64,000 bases of DNA. Origin: Nitrospirota bacterium (lineage in GTDB: Bacteria; Nitrospirota; UBA9217). Where the stretch lies: assembly GCA_963737155.1 (NCBI GenBank), contig CAVTRN010000001.1:32001-96000 (forward strand), in the 5' to 3' direction. Shown here piece by piece: positions 1-10,934 of this stretch (its first letter is position 1; every line of letters begins with the position of its first letter). The notes beneath the pieces were generated by a model. The model had not been told where the DNA came from. It was given only the letters and a program-made list of their open reading frames with translations, and searched no databases. The position numbers and the translations under genes were made by a program.

Positions 1-3000
1 CGGTCAATATCCACTCCCACCTCGATAATATTGGAGGCAAGACAGGCGTCAATCGCATCACCATCGTTTGTTCCATTATATGGAGCTGATAGGCGGTCCA
101 TCATACCCACAATTTCAGCTTGTGAAAGGCGACTTGTAAGTTCCTCTACGATCCGAAGATTTCGTCTTCTGTCAGTGAATCCCTCTCTGTTGAACATGAA
201 CTTGAGTCTTGACCGAATATCGGAATCGAAAAGAGTCTTAGCTCCGCTAAGTTCACGGATGCTGTTGTAGAAGGCGAGCAAAGTCCACCAAGGATCTCGA
301 TTTTCAGGAGTGAAGGACCACGGAGCAAACAGTGCTGTTGAGAATGAGCGTACCTGGGTGGTTAGCACTGAGCCGTAGTCGCTTGCATGAATGCCGAGGT
401 ATAGTCTTCCGTCACGCAGTTGCTTTTGCTCATCCCGTGCATATTCACCAAAAAACGAATCGCCCATCAGCAGACCAGGGTTAGGGAACAACTGAGTTTG
501 AGGGCGGGCATAGAGAGTCTTCACCTGATCAGCGGCACCGCGAATAGTCGCGGTTGAAGCAATAATTTTCGGCTTAATCCATGAATCATCCTGCTTAATC
601 GAACACAATCGCTCAAAAACACCCTCATAAAGAGCATACATGGTTCCCAAGGGTCCGGAAATGAGATGCAACTCGTCTTGAATTATAAGACCTGGTGGGT
701 TGCTTACCTGTTGGAGCACGCCCCCAATAAAGCGCCTACCAAATAATGAACTGGCACCAGGATGAGTTGAATCTCCTGGCCGATAGGAGATCATGGCAAG
801 CTTATCAGCAGTAGCAATAACAAGCGATGGCGAGTTCCGGTAGATCCTTTCGTCAATTACTTCAACCGGCAAATATTCAAACTCTGCGCCAAAAAAACAA
901 TCGGGGTCGGGACACTGCAAACGAGGACCTTCTGTCGGATCATCCGTAATCCCCTTCGTCCTGCGCGCATTCCAATCTGCGTCTGACAATCTGGGCCGAA
1001 CCGAAGGCTTCGCTCCATCATACCGCCCAATCTCCGCACGGCACCATGGACACTCAGTCAGCACGAGCGGATTTCCTGCTACAGTACCCCGCCTGAATTC
1101 TGCGATTTCATTTCTGGCTTCTTTGATTTTGTTAGGCGAGCCGTCTCCGCCGATCCATAAGCCAAGTGAAAACAATCTTCCAGGAATATTGCCCATCCCA
1201 TGGTATGCCGGATTACGTCTCAGATATTCCATCGCGCAGATCAAACTAGCAGCTCGCTGAAATTGCTGGGTCGTGAGCATTCTTAAAGTGTAACGCATAA
1301 GTACGTTAGTGCCATCACATCTCGGACCCGTATCTCCATCACCCATCATTAAACGCTCGTGAAACATATAGAAGGCCATTACCGCGAGATAAGCTTCCGT
1401 CTTGCCCCCCCCTGTAGGGAACCAGATCAGATCTACTGTTTCGCGGTCTTCCAGATTATCACAGAGACCATCTAATGACATCAGCAGAAACGCGATCTGA
1501 AATGCGCGCCATGACCCAAGGCGGCTCTCATCTTCGGCTCGATCGTCATAAACGTTCCGCGGGGACCGGTTGCTACCTTGTGGTAGCACAATCCGAAGGC
1601 CCTGATTCCATCCCAATGGTCGCCGGGGCAACTGTTTCGTAGCAATCTGTTGAAGTAGCATGGCTAAATTGGTGAGGCGAAAGGCACGACGGACACCGGC
1701 ATCATTCCTTAGCAGCCTTATTCCTGCGTTGATTCGGTCGAGGCACATCGTACACGCGATAAGATGGCGCTCCGCAACTGCTGCAAGATGCGGTACAAGC
1801 GTACCAGCCTCCTGTAGCTTCAGATTAATCCAAGTGGCGTAACCGGCAGCAAGATCCTCAAGTGACTGCCATGCAGGACCGGCACCTTCATCAGGAAGGG
1901 CTGCTAAATCGCGCATTGAGAGCCTGACCGGATTGCCGTCAACTTTGATCTCAGGCGTCATACTCGGCAATTGAACGGCCGGCAAAACATCTGCGAAGAT
2001 TACTTTAGGCGTCTCCCCGGGTTCGGCGTTCCAACCGGCAGCGCAGCCATGGCCTATGCCCCAAGTAGCTGACTCCCGGTAAAGAAGCGCGAGTGATTGT
2101 TCCTCCGGGTCGAGATGGGCAAACGGTCGCCGGCTTTCGGGATATTTCTCAAACTGACCTCGATGAATATTCACTTCAAAGAATGTTTGGTAAAGAATGA
2201 ATTCACGGGCTTCCTGTTTTCCCGCAGATAATGACGTATTTCGGAGCACGATTGTAAGCAACCAAAGATCATCACGATTCTGAACCTGTCGTGGGAATAA
2301 CTCTACCCGAAGTTTGAGAGGGCAACCTTCAGGCATTGTGACATCCCTCCGGATGACTTTTCCCGAGATGAATTCTGAACGGGCAAAAGTCAATGAAGTA
2401 TCGGGAATCACAGCCGGGAGTCGACGCCATACAGGAGCCTCCATCGCCCTGCCATCCTCCGCCAGCCATCTCCGTTTGCACAATTCATATCGACCGTTTA
2501 AAGCAAAGGGTGTTGACTCTTCATACTGCCATGAAAATCGTCTGCTCTGGGGTAACCTCACAGTAACCTGGCCATCTTCATCTAAATGTACACAGAACGA
2601 GATTCCAATCGTCGAGGGGTGACGAACATCAGGACTGGTGACCTCGAAGTCATCAGCGGTATCGCCCTCATTCTCGGATAAGCCAAAATTGTTGACATTG
2701 TCATTATCGCCGGAATCAACTCCACCAGCATTTTCAGTAAGACCCTCGTCTAATTCTGGTTCGGTACCTACTTTATCCGTAGCCTGCAAGGCAGCCTGAT
2801 CAGGTGGCATGACGGAACCTGCCTGAATGTTGGCTGGATGAAGAAGTCCCGCACCATATTTTCGATGCGGAGATTCACGCTCAAAATAAAGCACCTCCTG
2901 CAAGTCTGTATCAGGTGACGGTCTCCAAGCAATTGGACCCCGTCGCAAAGGGACGCGATCAGTGAAATCACGGTTTACGAACTCAATCGCGGTTGCCTCG

Positions 3001-3068
3001 TTCAGCCGGTATGAAGGTCCTACCAGCTCTCCACGAATCCAGGCAATCATCTCGGATCGTTCTCTCAT
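1..3068 (-). CDS. drmA: DISARM DrmA-like SF2 helicase (3' end runs off window)
   Basis: Absent from the ORF track because it is open at the edge. ATG at 3068 overlaps the TGA of the upstream gene (ATGA). Manual translation gives MRERSEMIAWIRGELVGP, DLIWFPTGGGKTEAYL, MRYTLRMLTTQQFQRA, IIQDELHLISGPLGT, STATIR and NIIEVGVDIDR, which are typical DrmA motifs. Confidence 0.85.
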   Translation of the reverse strand, partial: MRERSEMIAWIRGELVGPSYRLNEATAIEFVNRDFTDRVPLRRGPIAWRPSPDTDLQEVLYFERESPHRKYGAGLLHPANIQAGSVMPPDQAALQATDKVGTEPELDEGLTENAGGVDSGDNDNVNNFGLSENEGDTADDFEVTSPDVRHPSTIGISFCVHLDEDGQVTVRLPQSRRFSWQYEESTPFALNGRYELCKRRWLAEDGRAMEAPVWRRLPAVIPDTSLTFARSEFISGKVIRRDVTMPEGCPLKLRVELFPRQVQNRDDLWLLTIVLRNTSLSAGKQEAREFILYQTFFEVNIHRGQFEKYPESRRPFAHLDPEEQSLALLYRESATWGIGHGCAAGWNAEPGETPKVIFADVLPAVQLPSMTPEIKVDGNPVRLSMRDLAALPDEGAGPAWQSLEDLAAGYATWINLKLQEAGTLVPHLAAVAERHLIACTMCLDRINAGIRLLRNDAGVRRAFRLTNLAMLLQQIATKQLPRRPLGWNQGLRIVLPQGSNRSPRNVYDDRAEDESRLGSWRAFQIAFLLMSLDGLCDNLEDRETVDLIWFPTGGGKTEAYLAVMAFYMFHERLMMGDGDTGPRCDGTNVLMRYTLRMLTTQQFQRAASLICAMEYLRRNPAYHGMGNIPGRLFSLGLWIGGDGSPNKIKEARNEIAEFRRGTVAGNPLVLTECPWCRAEIGRYDGAKPSVRPRLSDADWNARRTKGITDDPTEGPRLQCPDPDCFFGAEFEYLPVEVIDERIYRNSPSLVIATADKLAMISYRPGDSTHPGASSLFGRRFIGGVLQQVSNPPGLIIQDELHLISGPLGTMYALYEGVFERLCSIKQDDSWIKPKIIASTATIRGAADQVKTLYARPQTQLFPNPGLLMGDSFFGEYARDEQKQLRDGRLYLGIHASDYGSVLTTQVRSFSTALFAPWSFTPENRDPWWTLLAFYNSIRELSGAKTLFDSDIRSRLKFMFNREGFTDRRRNLRIVEELTSRLSQAEIVGMMDRLSAPYNGTNDGDAIDACLASNIIEVGVDID

Positions 3069-4792
3069 GCATTTGCCTTTCCGGAAAACCAATTGTAGAG
3101 CATTTCCTGTGAATTCTTGTCACACAGAATTCTAACGGATTCTGTGGCACGAGTCAGGCCGGTATAAAATAAATCTCTGTGAAAATCCTGCTCGTCGAGA
3201 ACAACGTCAGTAAGGATAATAATCTTGTTCTCCATACCCTTAAAAGCATGAACGGTTGCGTAAGAGGTAAAATCTCCATCCTGCCACGCCGCACGGAGTT
3301 TATAACCTCCGGCTATCAGTTGTGAAGCAGCACTCGTATGATCAGCCCGAAACGAGAGGAGCGTAATCTCAGATGCCTTGTAGCCTTGCCTCTTGAACTC
3401 TTTAAGCCACTTCCGAAGCATATCCAACTGCGCCAGCTCACTATTATAGAAAAATATGTCGTAGTTCTGAACACCGCCTCCGCCTCGAAGATAACCGGAA
3501 TAGACAGATCCGCTAAGACCAGCAAGCCGAACTGCACTGTCCCCCACGATTCGATAATTTCGACAGTTCTCGGATAGCTTCCACTGTACCGGCCGGGTTG
3601 AGTTGTTAAGGCTGGCCAGGGTCTGGCACATCTGCTCGCGCTCTGCCAAAACTTGATAGTCGAAGTCTCCAAAAAGTGCAAATGCACCTTTGTCCACTCC
3701 ACCTTGAAGAAATTGTACAAGACATTGCCAAAGCCGGGATCTTGCGAGAATATCCTGAGCTTCGTCGAGGACAAGATATTCAAATGTGGCAACAGCCTTG
3801 AAATCCGGGTCTGTGAGACGACCCTCCAGCTCTTGAGGCAATACAATTTCCCAATAATCTTTGGAAGGCTTATTCGGGATATCAATTCCGGTCATTTCAG
3901 CCATAACCTGGATTGTGCGGCCAACAACAAGATTCGGGAGTCTTGGAGTTGTCTGTTCGATCCTTTGTTTTATCCAATCACCGACGAGCTGATTAAAACA
4001 GAGCAAAGCCACTCTACGTCCTTTTTCGGCCGCTCGACGGGCAATCTCCATTGCGATCAGTGTTTTTCCAGTACCTGCTCCTCCGGAAGCGACAATACGC
4101 TCGTTTAACTGGGCAAGCATCAGAACCGGCTTCTGTTGCTCTCTTAGCAAACGGTCCATCTGCTCCTCACGACGGGCAATCTCCTGCCTAGCTTCCGGAC
4201 GATACTTTTGCACAGGCAAGCAATATTTAACAAGAGTGTCAATTTGTTGCTGGGACAGCCCTTTGTCGAGAGGCTTTAGATTTTCATCTGCCGCGATACT
4301 CTGCTCAATTCTAGACTTCAGATCTTTACAAAATGCATCAGCAGCCTCAAATTTCCGAATTGCTCGCGAATCCATGAGCTCCCATGGTTGAACTGCGAGG
4401 TTAGGCGACAAATCAAATGGGGCTAGCGGAAAAATACAGCAATGAACGACAGGAACTCGCTTGAATTGTGGAGAGAGTTCGGAAAGTCGGCGATAAAAAG
4501 TATACCGACCGTCACACGCCTGCTTGAAGGGAGAACGACTGATTGTTTCAGGGTGCCACCGAAAGCCGTCGAAGGAAATGTTTTCATGGGATTTAACTTC
4601 GATGCAAAGAATGCCTCTATCCGGGATAATAACAATAAAATCAATTTCAGTCCGAAGGCCTCGGTTCCACGGTGAAAGGTCAAGGGAATGCAACGCAACC
4701 CAGTCATTCGGCCCAGCTGAGAGCAGATTGAAGACGTATCGCTCGCCTGGAGGTGTTTGTTCATCCATGAAGGATGGAATCAATCGCGCCAT
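3065..4792 (-). CDS. NERD nuclease domain fused to UvrD-like SF1 helicase
   Basis: N-terminal EIDFIVIIPDRGILCIEVK (NERD), Walker A GGAGTGKT, LDEAQD, LSENCRN, TVHAFKGME, YTGLTRA. Confidence 0.85.
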   Translation of the reverse strand: MARLIPSFMDEQTPPGERYVFNLLSAGPNDWVALHSLDLSPWNRGLRTEIDFIVIIPDRGILCIEVKSHENISFDGFRWHPETISRSPFKQACDGRYTFYRRLSELSPQFKRVPVVHCCIFPLAPFDLSPNLAVQPWELMDSRAIRKFEAADAFCKDLKSRIEQSIAADENLKPLDKGLSQQQIDTLVKYCLPVQKYRPEARQEIARREEQMDRLLREQQKPVLMLAQLNERIVASGGAGTGKTLIAMEIARRAAEKGRRVALLCFNQLVGDWIKQRIEQTTPRLPNLVVGRTIQVMAEMTGIDIPNKPSKDYWEIVLPQELEGRLTDPDFKAVATFEYLVLDEAQDILARSRLWQCLVQFLQGGVDKGAFALFGDFDYQVLAEREQMCQTLASLNNSTRPVQWKLSENCRNYRIVGDSAVRLAGLSGSVYSGYLRGGGGVQNYDIFFYNSELAQLDMLRKWLKEFKRQGYKASEITLLSFRADHTSAASQLIAGGYKLRAAWQDGDFTSYATVHAFKGMENKIIILTDVVLDEQDFHRDLFYTGLTRATESVRILCDKNSQEMLYNWFSGKANA

Positions 4793-6393
4793 TGGTCTAT
4801 CAGATCCAGTTCACGGACGACTTTGAGTTCTGTTCCAGGAGCGCTGAAGCCCTCCTCGATTCCCTGTACCCTAAGAAAAAACAACAAGAAGCCTTTTATG
4901 CCACTGACTGCAGGTATAGCCAAATTGAAACCCACGCTCGCGACAGCTTTCTGCCGAATTTCAGGAAGTAGCGACCTGAGAATCGTCATCAGGTGTTCTT
5001 CAACACTCTCCTGCTCCTGGAAACCTGCATGGATAGCTTCGCCCCTGGACCGGCGTACTTCATTCCATGCAAGCTTATAAAATGGAATTCTGGTATTCTG
5101 CTTATTGTTTTCATCGTGGCCATCGATCCCCAGCACAGCCAGAAGAATCTTGAAGTGCTCTAGTTGCTGCGGAGCATGTATAACAGTGCTGGGTGGTTTA
5201 CACCAATGTCGGATAGCGTAATCCAGATAGACCAAATCGAGGCCGTTATTCCGGAGACGTCCGATTAAACCCGAGGGATCTGCCTTCCATTCAATTTCCA
5301 ATCGTGTCTTCCATATTTTGCTATAATAACCGTGTTCGGCTTGCAGTCCTCCGAGTTCTACATCATCCAGAACGGGGATGATAATAAACATGCCTTCAAA
5401 AAGCTTTTCGCCGGGTATTCTGAGATCGACGGATTCATCTGTTGCCGTATTTGGGTCGAAACTCAAAACCTGAGAATGCGGCGGATAAAGGATCCCGTGT
5501 TCCTCATCGATTTGAATAAGTTTGGCACGTCGTTTCTCTTGCTGGGAATTTACTTCTTTGAAGACCGCTAACTCATCTGACTCTGGAGTATATATTTCAG
5601 CATCATAAGGATCTTCACCCAACCGAGTAGAACGGGTAGTCCAACCAACGGGGCCGCTTTCGCTACCTTGAGCAGCCGCAGGCTGTCCTTCATTAGGCGA
5701 TGAGACCGGATCATATCCGAAACTCGCATCATTACCGCACCCTGACCAGACAATTTGAACGAGCGTACTGAAGCGAGGCGCGGTAAGGAGAGCATCAGGA
5801 GCCGAACCCCAACCGTAAGGACGAAGGGGACCTATCTTTATCAACACGTCGAATGGGGAGGTCTCACGGTAATCCCGCAACGAGTGCAGAAAATCTGTTT
5901 CTGAAAGTGGAGGATTCTCGGGAGGAACGAGGATCGACTCAAAATGTGATTGTGCGCGACGGTGGCAGTAGATTTTGAAAGTACGCCCCTGGGATCGTAG
6001 TTCACGAATGGTTGATCGAAATCTCTGGCGGATAGGATTCTCACTTGATGGAAGATCTTCCAGCGCTCGTAACACTATATCGTATAGTAACCTTATATCG
6101 GCCCCCCAGCGGTTTTGAACGGCATCAGCTTGTCCGAGAAAAGTTGCTACGTTATCAAATATCGAACGATCGAAGGTTACCGGAACGGTGAGCCACTCGG
6201 ACAGTAACGTCCTAAGTCTGTCGGAGACTTCAAGAGCAACCCGGTCGTCTGAATCACGCAACTTTAACACAATTTGACGCAAACCGCGACGCAGTTGCCC
6301 GAAGCTGGCAGAGGCAACCTCACACCGTTCTACTGTATAAATCTCCTGCCTTTCAAGGAAATCGAAAATTTGCGACGCGGCAATCGACATCAA
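4780..6393 (-). CDS. Hypothetical protein in DISARM operon (possible DrmE-like C-terminal part)
   Basis: 537-aa ORF overlapping both neighbours. No catalytic motif recognised; the call is positional. Confidence 0.55.
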   Translation of the reverse strand: MMSIAASQIFDFLERQEIYTVERCEVASASFGQLRRGLRQIVLKLRDSDDRVALEVSDRLRTLLSEWLTVPVTFDRSIFDNVATFLGQADAVQNRWGADIRLLYDIVLRALEDLPSSENPIRQRFRSTIRELRSQGRTFKIYCHRRAQSHFESILVPPENPPLSETDFLHSLRDYRETSPFDVLIKIGPLRPYGWGSAPDALLTAPRFSTLVQIVWSGCGNDASFGYDPVSSPNEGQPAAAQGSESGPVGWTTRSTRLGEDPYDAEIYTPESDELAVFKEVNSQQEKRRAKLIQIDEEHGILYPPHSQVLSFDPNTATDESVDLRIPGEKLFEGMFIIIPVLDDVELGGLQAEHGYYSKIWKTRLEIEWKADPSGLIGRLRNNGLDLVYLDYAIRHWCKPPSTVIHAPQQLEHFKILLAVLGIDGHDENNKQNTRIPFYKLAWNEVRRSRGEAIHAGFQEQESVEEHLMTILRSLLPEIRQKAVASVGFNLAIPAVSGIKGFLLFFLRVQGIEEGFSAPGTELKVVRELDLIDQWRD

Positions 6394-7406
6394 CCTGTTC
6401 TCCTTTTAAGAATCAAAACTTTGACGCTATAAGGCAAAGCGGGAAGGCGGGCAAACATCTCACGATCTTCAATATACCACTGACGCAAACCTGCTATTTT
6501 GTTCCCAAGGGCCTCCAAATCGTTGCGTTCGATAGTCCGGTGAAACACCCCGACGATGTCAGATCGTTGAAATTTTGAATCGCCAATGACCTTCAGGAAT
6601 GATGCATTACCATCAGCGACGACCAAAGCCGGAGCAGATGCACCACGGTCAACCTGTTCTGTCCTCGCATTAAAAAAGGTAATGCGGGAAGCAAGGCTGG
6701 ATTTTGACCATCCATGAATAGTCAGGAGTGACGCGAGGTTATGCTCTCCAAGCGTAGAGCGAAAACGGATTGAGGTGCACACTTCGCGGGTTGCGTTTTC
6801 ACCGGTGGCTCGGCCAGAAAGGCAAAGACCCGAAAATGATCTTCTGAGGTTATCCGGATTTATTTTCGCCATCTCAATAATTTGAGAATATGCGTCCTCC
6901 GGTAAAACACCCTGATCATTACTTAATTGAATTGGAGGCTCTCCGTCTATTTGCCAATCGATCGAATGTCGGGGATCTTGCCACCACGTTCCACCTTGGT
7001 TCGAGTACACGAGGTGTCGCTGCCGCAAATCGGTTTGTTCCGATATTTTATAGCGCCTTCGACCTTGATGCCGCACCCAGCCAGTCGCTTCAGAAGCAAA
7101 GCCACATCCAATTCTCTCCGGATGGCAGCGACTTGAACAGTCCTGACAATAGTTGAGATACTGACGCGCATATCTAAGGAGCGCATCAAAGTGTCCATCT
7201 ATATCATTTGCATCAGGATTCCCTAAATCTCTTATAAGAGCACCAAACGTAACAAGACCGGCCGCAGCCGAGTCGCACGGCATAGAAATAAGAGCAATTC
7301 TCCGCGGTTCTGAAACATGTGCCGGCCAAACATAGCCAAATTGAATCAAAAATCTAACCCATGTTGGAATTGGCCGCCACTGTAGATTGGATTCAACAAA
7401 TAACAT
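6390..7406 (-). CDS. Hypothetical protein, first gene of DISARM-like operon
   Basis: 338-aa ORF with a 4-bp overlap to the next gene and a Cys/His cluster CQDCSSRCHPERIGC. Confidence 0.6.
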   Translation of the reverse strand: MLFVESNLQWRPIPTWVRFLIQFGYVWPAHVSEPRRIALISMPCDSAAAGLVTFGALIRDLGNPDANDIDGHFDALLRYARQYLNYCQDCSSRCHPERIGCGFASEATGWVRHQGRRRYKISEQTDLRQRHLVYSNQGGTWWQDPRHSIDWQIDGEPPIQLSNDQGVLPEDAYSQIIEMAKINPDNLRRSFSGLCLSGRATGENATREVCTSIRFRSTLGEHNLASLLTIHGWSKSSLASRITFFNARTEQVDRGASAPALVVADGNASFLKVIGDSKFQRSDIVGVFHRTIERNDLEALGNKIAGLRQWYIEDREMFARLPALPYSVKVLILKRRTG

Positions 7407-8150
7407 AGGCCTTAAGGACCGATAAAATATTGAAATTCATCAACTGCTCATTTACGATTGCTAGGCCAAGATACAATGATGTTCATTTTAGAAATCCGAG
7501 ATGTTATCTCGCAATTTTTTCTATCATGTGGTGGAACTGCATTCCCTATTTGCCTTTATGCCTCAGTTCTGGCGTGCCCTTCTTTAGCACCCTCAAAATA
7601 ATAGTCATCGGGTATCGTGCTGCTTCCCGAACAGATATTGACCGGTTCTGTTCTACGTCAGTACGGATATAATAATGGCCGGTCTTTAGCGATGTGCGCT
7701 ACTACTGTGTGCGAGTAAGGCATGTCATCGGCGAACACTTCGAATCTGTCGTGGAAAGATTCTCTGTTACTATGCGTTTTCTGTTTCGCGGGAAGGTCAT
7801 TATAGTTAAGACGTTCCACCATGTTATAAGAGGTTGCTTTATCGAGAACTAGTTTAGATAAAAGCACCGATATGAATCGTTGTCAATGTTTCAGAATAGA
7901 ATATTTATATGGTAGAAGCAAATATGTTACATTATATTACATTTGGGAGTAAAAAGACAGGTTCGCCTACTGGGCCTTACTTTAAAGGTTATATATATCC
8001 TCTTCTCCGCTTGATAGTGAGTATGAAGTTTCACAAGATCGTTTGAGGGATAAAGTGCGTATAAAAATCATTATCCGTGGCCTAGCCTCGTCTTTTTTTC
8101 ATATACTCGATTATCTGTTCCTCTAAAAATTTTTTTATTTTACCATCCTG

Positions 8151-9374
8151 TTAAAGTCTGAGTAACCGGATATCGCCGATAAAGCTTTCCAAAGTCTGAA
8201 GATGGGGTTGGATTTTTTTTGAATAGGACTGCGTAAGGGGAGCCGGAATGACAAGCTGGACCCCGGCCTGAGACATCTCTTTGAATTGAGTCTCGGAAAT
8301 GCCCTCCTGCAATGTCAGGAGGTGCTTTTGCTTGATACGGTCCGCTTCGTTGAGTATCTGCCGCCAGCGATCCTTGCAAGTCGTCTTGACGGCAAGCATC
8401 CTTAATTTATCTGCTGAAAATATGGCATTTTTATAAGCCGTGACAGACGGAAAAAGAAAATCCGGCGTCTTTCCGCCTTCCGATTCAGGACCGTGCGAAA
8501 AATCCTCGTCCTCTTTCAGCCCCTCCTCGATGAAAATCTCTTTGGTGTGCAATTCAAGAGACCGGCCTGAACGCGCTTTTCTCCGCTGAAGTATGGTCTG
8601 AGCTTTTGCTATAAACTCATCGATAGTTGTAAATCCCTCTTTTATCCAGGGAAGCTCTATAGCCTCCTCGACGCTAAGGAATATCTCATACTCGCAATTA
8701 CGCCTTTTAATCAGGCGTATGTCGGGATTCAATCCATGAGCCGGCCTGTATTCAACCGTCTTCTTGATGATTTCAATACCGGTCGGAAATTGTTTAAGCC
8801 ATGCCTTGGGTATCTCTTCCAGTCCCAGCCGGCAAGATGTCTTCGTTTTCTCTTTCTCGGAGAACAGGCCCAACAGACCGTCATGCGAAGCCCAGAATCT
8901 GAACTTGCCCGGTTCGATAGGGCCGACCCGGTCCTCTACCAGATCTTCTTCTGTCTCGTGTCGGCAGACCCAGACATGGCATTCAGTCGCTTCGCCGTTC
9001 TTATCAAGGACGAAAGCAAATATGGTCAATGCCCCGGTGCTTTCAGGATCTAACAGAGGAGAGCTTCCACCGCCGAAATTCGTAAGCCTTGTTTCATTTC
9101 TGGTTCCTCCGTGAAATTTATTGTTATACCAGATAGCACGGACATTGCGGACATCTGCGTGAGAATCGACAGACAAGTCGAACCGTATATCGGGGTTTAA
9201 ATTTTTTGGCTTTTTTAATGAGGGGAAAATCTTGAAGAGGAACTCTTTGGGGATATAGGGTCCGGCTTGGTGTGTACCGTTGGCAAGAGTATCGTTCGCG
9301 GACAGCCGTTTTACATACCAGATGAAATCAGGACCTGTGAAATCATCCATCCAATCGGTTAACTCTGTCAGCAA
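8151..9374 (-). CDS. ecoRII: EcoRII-family type II restriction endonuclease (effector and catalytic domains)
   Basis: KRLSANDT...HQAGPYIP effector domain, RRKARSGRSLE, PDFLFP and LAVKTTCKDRWRQIL. TTG start. Confidence 0.88.
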   Translation of the reverse strand: MLTELTDWMDDFTGPDFIWYVKRLSANDTLANGTHQAGPYIPKEFLFKIFPSLKKPKNLNPDIRFDLSVDSHADVRNVRAIWYNNKFHGGTRNETRLTNFGGGSSPLLDPESTGALTIFAFVLDKNGEATECHVWVCRHETEEDLVEDRVGPIEPGKFRFWASHDGLLGLFSEKEKTKTSCRLGLEEIPKAWLKQFPTGIEIIKKTVEYRPAHGLNPDIRLIKRRNCEYEIFLSVEEAIELPWIKEGFTTIDEFIAKAQTILQRRKARSGRSLELHTKEIFIEEGLKEDEDFSHGPESEGGKTPDFLFPSVTAYKNAIFSADKLRMLAVKTTCKDRWRQILNEADRIKQKHLLTLQEGISETQFKEMSQAGVQLVIPAPLTQSYSKKIQPHLQTLESFIGDIRLLRL

Positions 9375-9826
9375 GTAACCCCCCTGATTTGAGACTTGCC
9401 AGAACCTTTTAAAATCCAGATGGACGTTTTATCTATAACTTCATCGAACGGCCTTCTGGCTTTACCTTTTAAAGAGCATTCCCAGATGATCAAAACCCGC
9501 CATCCCAGCTTTTTGAGCTCGGCTAACACCTCAACGTCTTTTTCCTGATTCCTGTTTATTTTAGTTTTCCAGAATTCAGGCCGCGAAGAAGGCCATTTGA
9601 ACAGATGGCAATCATGGCCGTGCCAGAAACATCCGTGGATGAAAACAACAGCGTGATATTTCGGCAAAACTATATCCGGCTTGCCTGGAAGCTTTCTATA
9701 ATGAAGCCTGTACCTGAATCCCTTGGCGTAGAGCCCTTTCCTGACTGTCAATTCCGGCTTCGTATCTTTCCCGCGAATGCCGGACATCATCTCGCTTCGC
9801 TTCTTGGTCGAGACTATATCAGCCAA
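9368..9826 (-). CDS. vsr: Very short patch repair endonuclease
   Basis: [38 protein letters not shown]. Confidence 0.95.
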   Translation of the reverse strand: MADIVSTKKRSEMMSGIRGKDTKPELTVRKGLYAKGFRYRLHYRKLPGKPDIVLPKYHAVVFIHGCFWHGHDCHLFKWPSSRPEFWKTKINRNQEKDVEVLAELKKLGWRVLIIWECSLKGKARRPFDEVIDKTSIWILKGSGKSQIRGVTC

Positions 9827-10907
9827 CGGCTAGGCACTCCGCTTTGGGGTACGTCCTAGTTTTCTTGCGTTCGCATATCCAAGGGAGCATATGTCGTGCG
9901 ACAGTCTCCACCACAGGAACGACAACGGCGTTGCCGAACTGCCTGTAGGCCTGATTATCGGAAACCGGAATATTGAACTTGCTCTGGCCCGGCTTATCGA
10001 AGCCCATCAGACGGGAACATTCGCGCGGCGTGAGGCGGCGAGGATTGCGCCTTTTCTGCTTGACAAGGATCTCCGAGCCGTCCTTGTAATACCTAGCCGA
10101 CAAGGTCCTGGCTACATCATCCGGGCCGACAAGGCTGAAACCGAAACCATTTCCCGCTTTCCGGTGTTTCTCGGCATATGCCTGGAGATATTTCCAAAGC
10201 TTATCCGATAACGTATACTTGGGCAGGACTTTTCCTTTTTCGCCGCCGATATACTTCATATTGCGGCCATTGATAAGCTCTGAACCGTCTTCGGGATGCA
10301 AGATGCTTTCAAGCCGAGGACCATCCACTGGATCAGGTAAAACGAAATTATCAAAAGTAAAACCATTCTTCTCTCTGAAGCCGACGATAAAGATCCGCTC
10401 TCTGTGTTGCGGTACCCAAGAACGGGCATCGATGACACGATAGCTGACGTGATAGCCCAAATCTTCGGTGAGCGTCTTATGGATAACCTTGAAAGTTTCC
10501 CCTTGGTCGTGGTTCACCAGATTCTTGACATTTTCCAGAAGAAAGACTTTCGGTCGGTGACAGGCGATAACCCTGGCAACATCGAAGAAAAGAGTGCCTT
10601 GAGATTCGCAGAGGAAGCCATGAGGCCTGTTGAGGGAGTTTTTCTTGGAGACGCCGGCAATGGAAAAAGGCTGGCAGGGGAAACCGGCTAAGAGTACGTC
10701 GTGATTCGGAATGCTCTCAGCCGGGATTTTGGTTATATCCCCCGCTATTTCATGATCACCTTTGAAATTGGCTTTATAGGTTTGTTGGCTAAAAGTGTTC
10801 CATTCACTGGTAAAAACGCATTCGCCGCCCAGAGGTTCGAATCCTAGGCGCAGGCCGCCGATGCCGGCGAACAAGTCAATAAAGGTAAACCTTTCCCGGT
10901 CGGTCAA
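9819..10907 (-). CDS. dcm: DNA (cytosine-5) methyltransferase, Dcm/M.EcoRII-like
   Basis: [46 protein letters not shown] and [17 protein letters not shown] precedes the TTG start. Confidence 0.95.
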   Translation of the reverse strand: MTDRERFTFIDLFAGIGGLRLGFEPLGGECVFTSEWNTFSQQTYKANFKGDHEIAGDITKIPAESIPNHDVLLAGFPCQPFSIAGVSKKNSLNRPHGFLCESQGTLFFDVARVIACHRPKVFLLENVKNLVNHDQGETFKVIHKTLTEDLGYHVSYRVIDARSWVPQHRERIFIVGFREKNGFTFDNFVLPDPVDGPRLESILHPEDGSELINGRNMKYIGGEKGKVLPKYTLSDKLWKYLQAYAEKHRKAGNGFGFSLVGPDDVARTLSARYYKDGSEILVKQKRRNPRRLTPRECSRLMGFDKPGQSKFNIPVSDNQAYRQFGNAVVVPVVETVARHMLPWICERKKTRTYPKAECLAVG

Positions 10908-10934
10908 TTCGTGGACCCTCCTTCTTGGGGCTTG

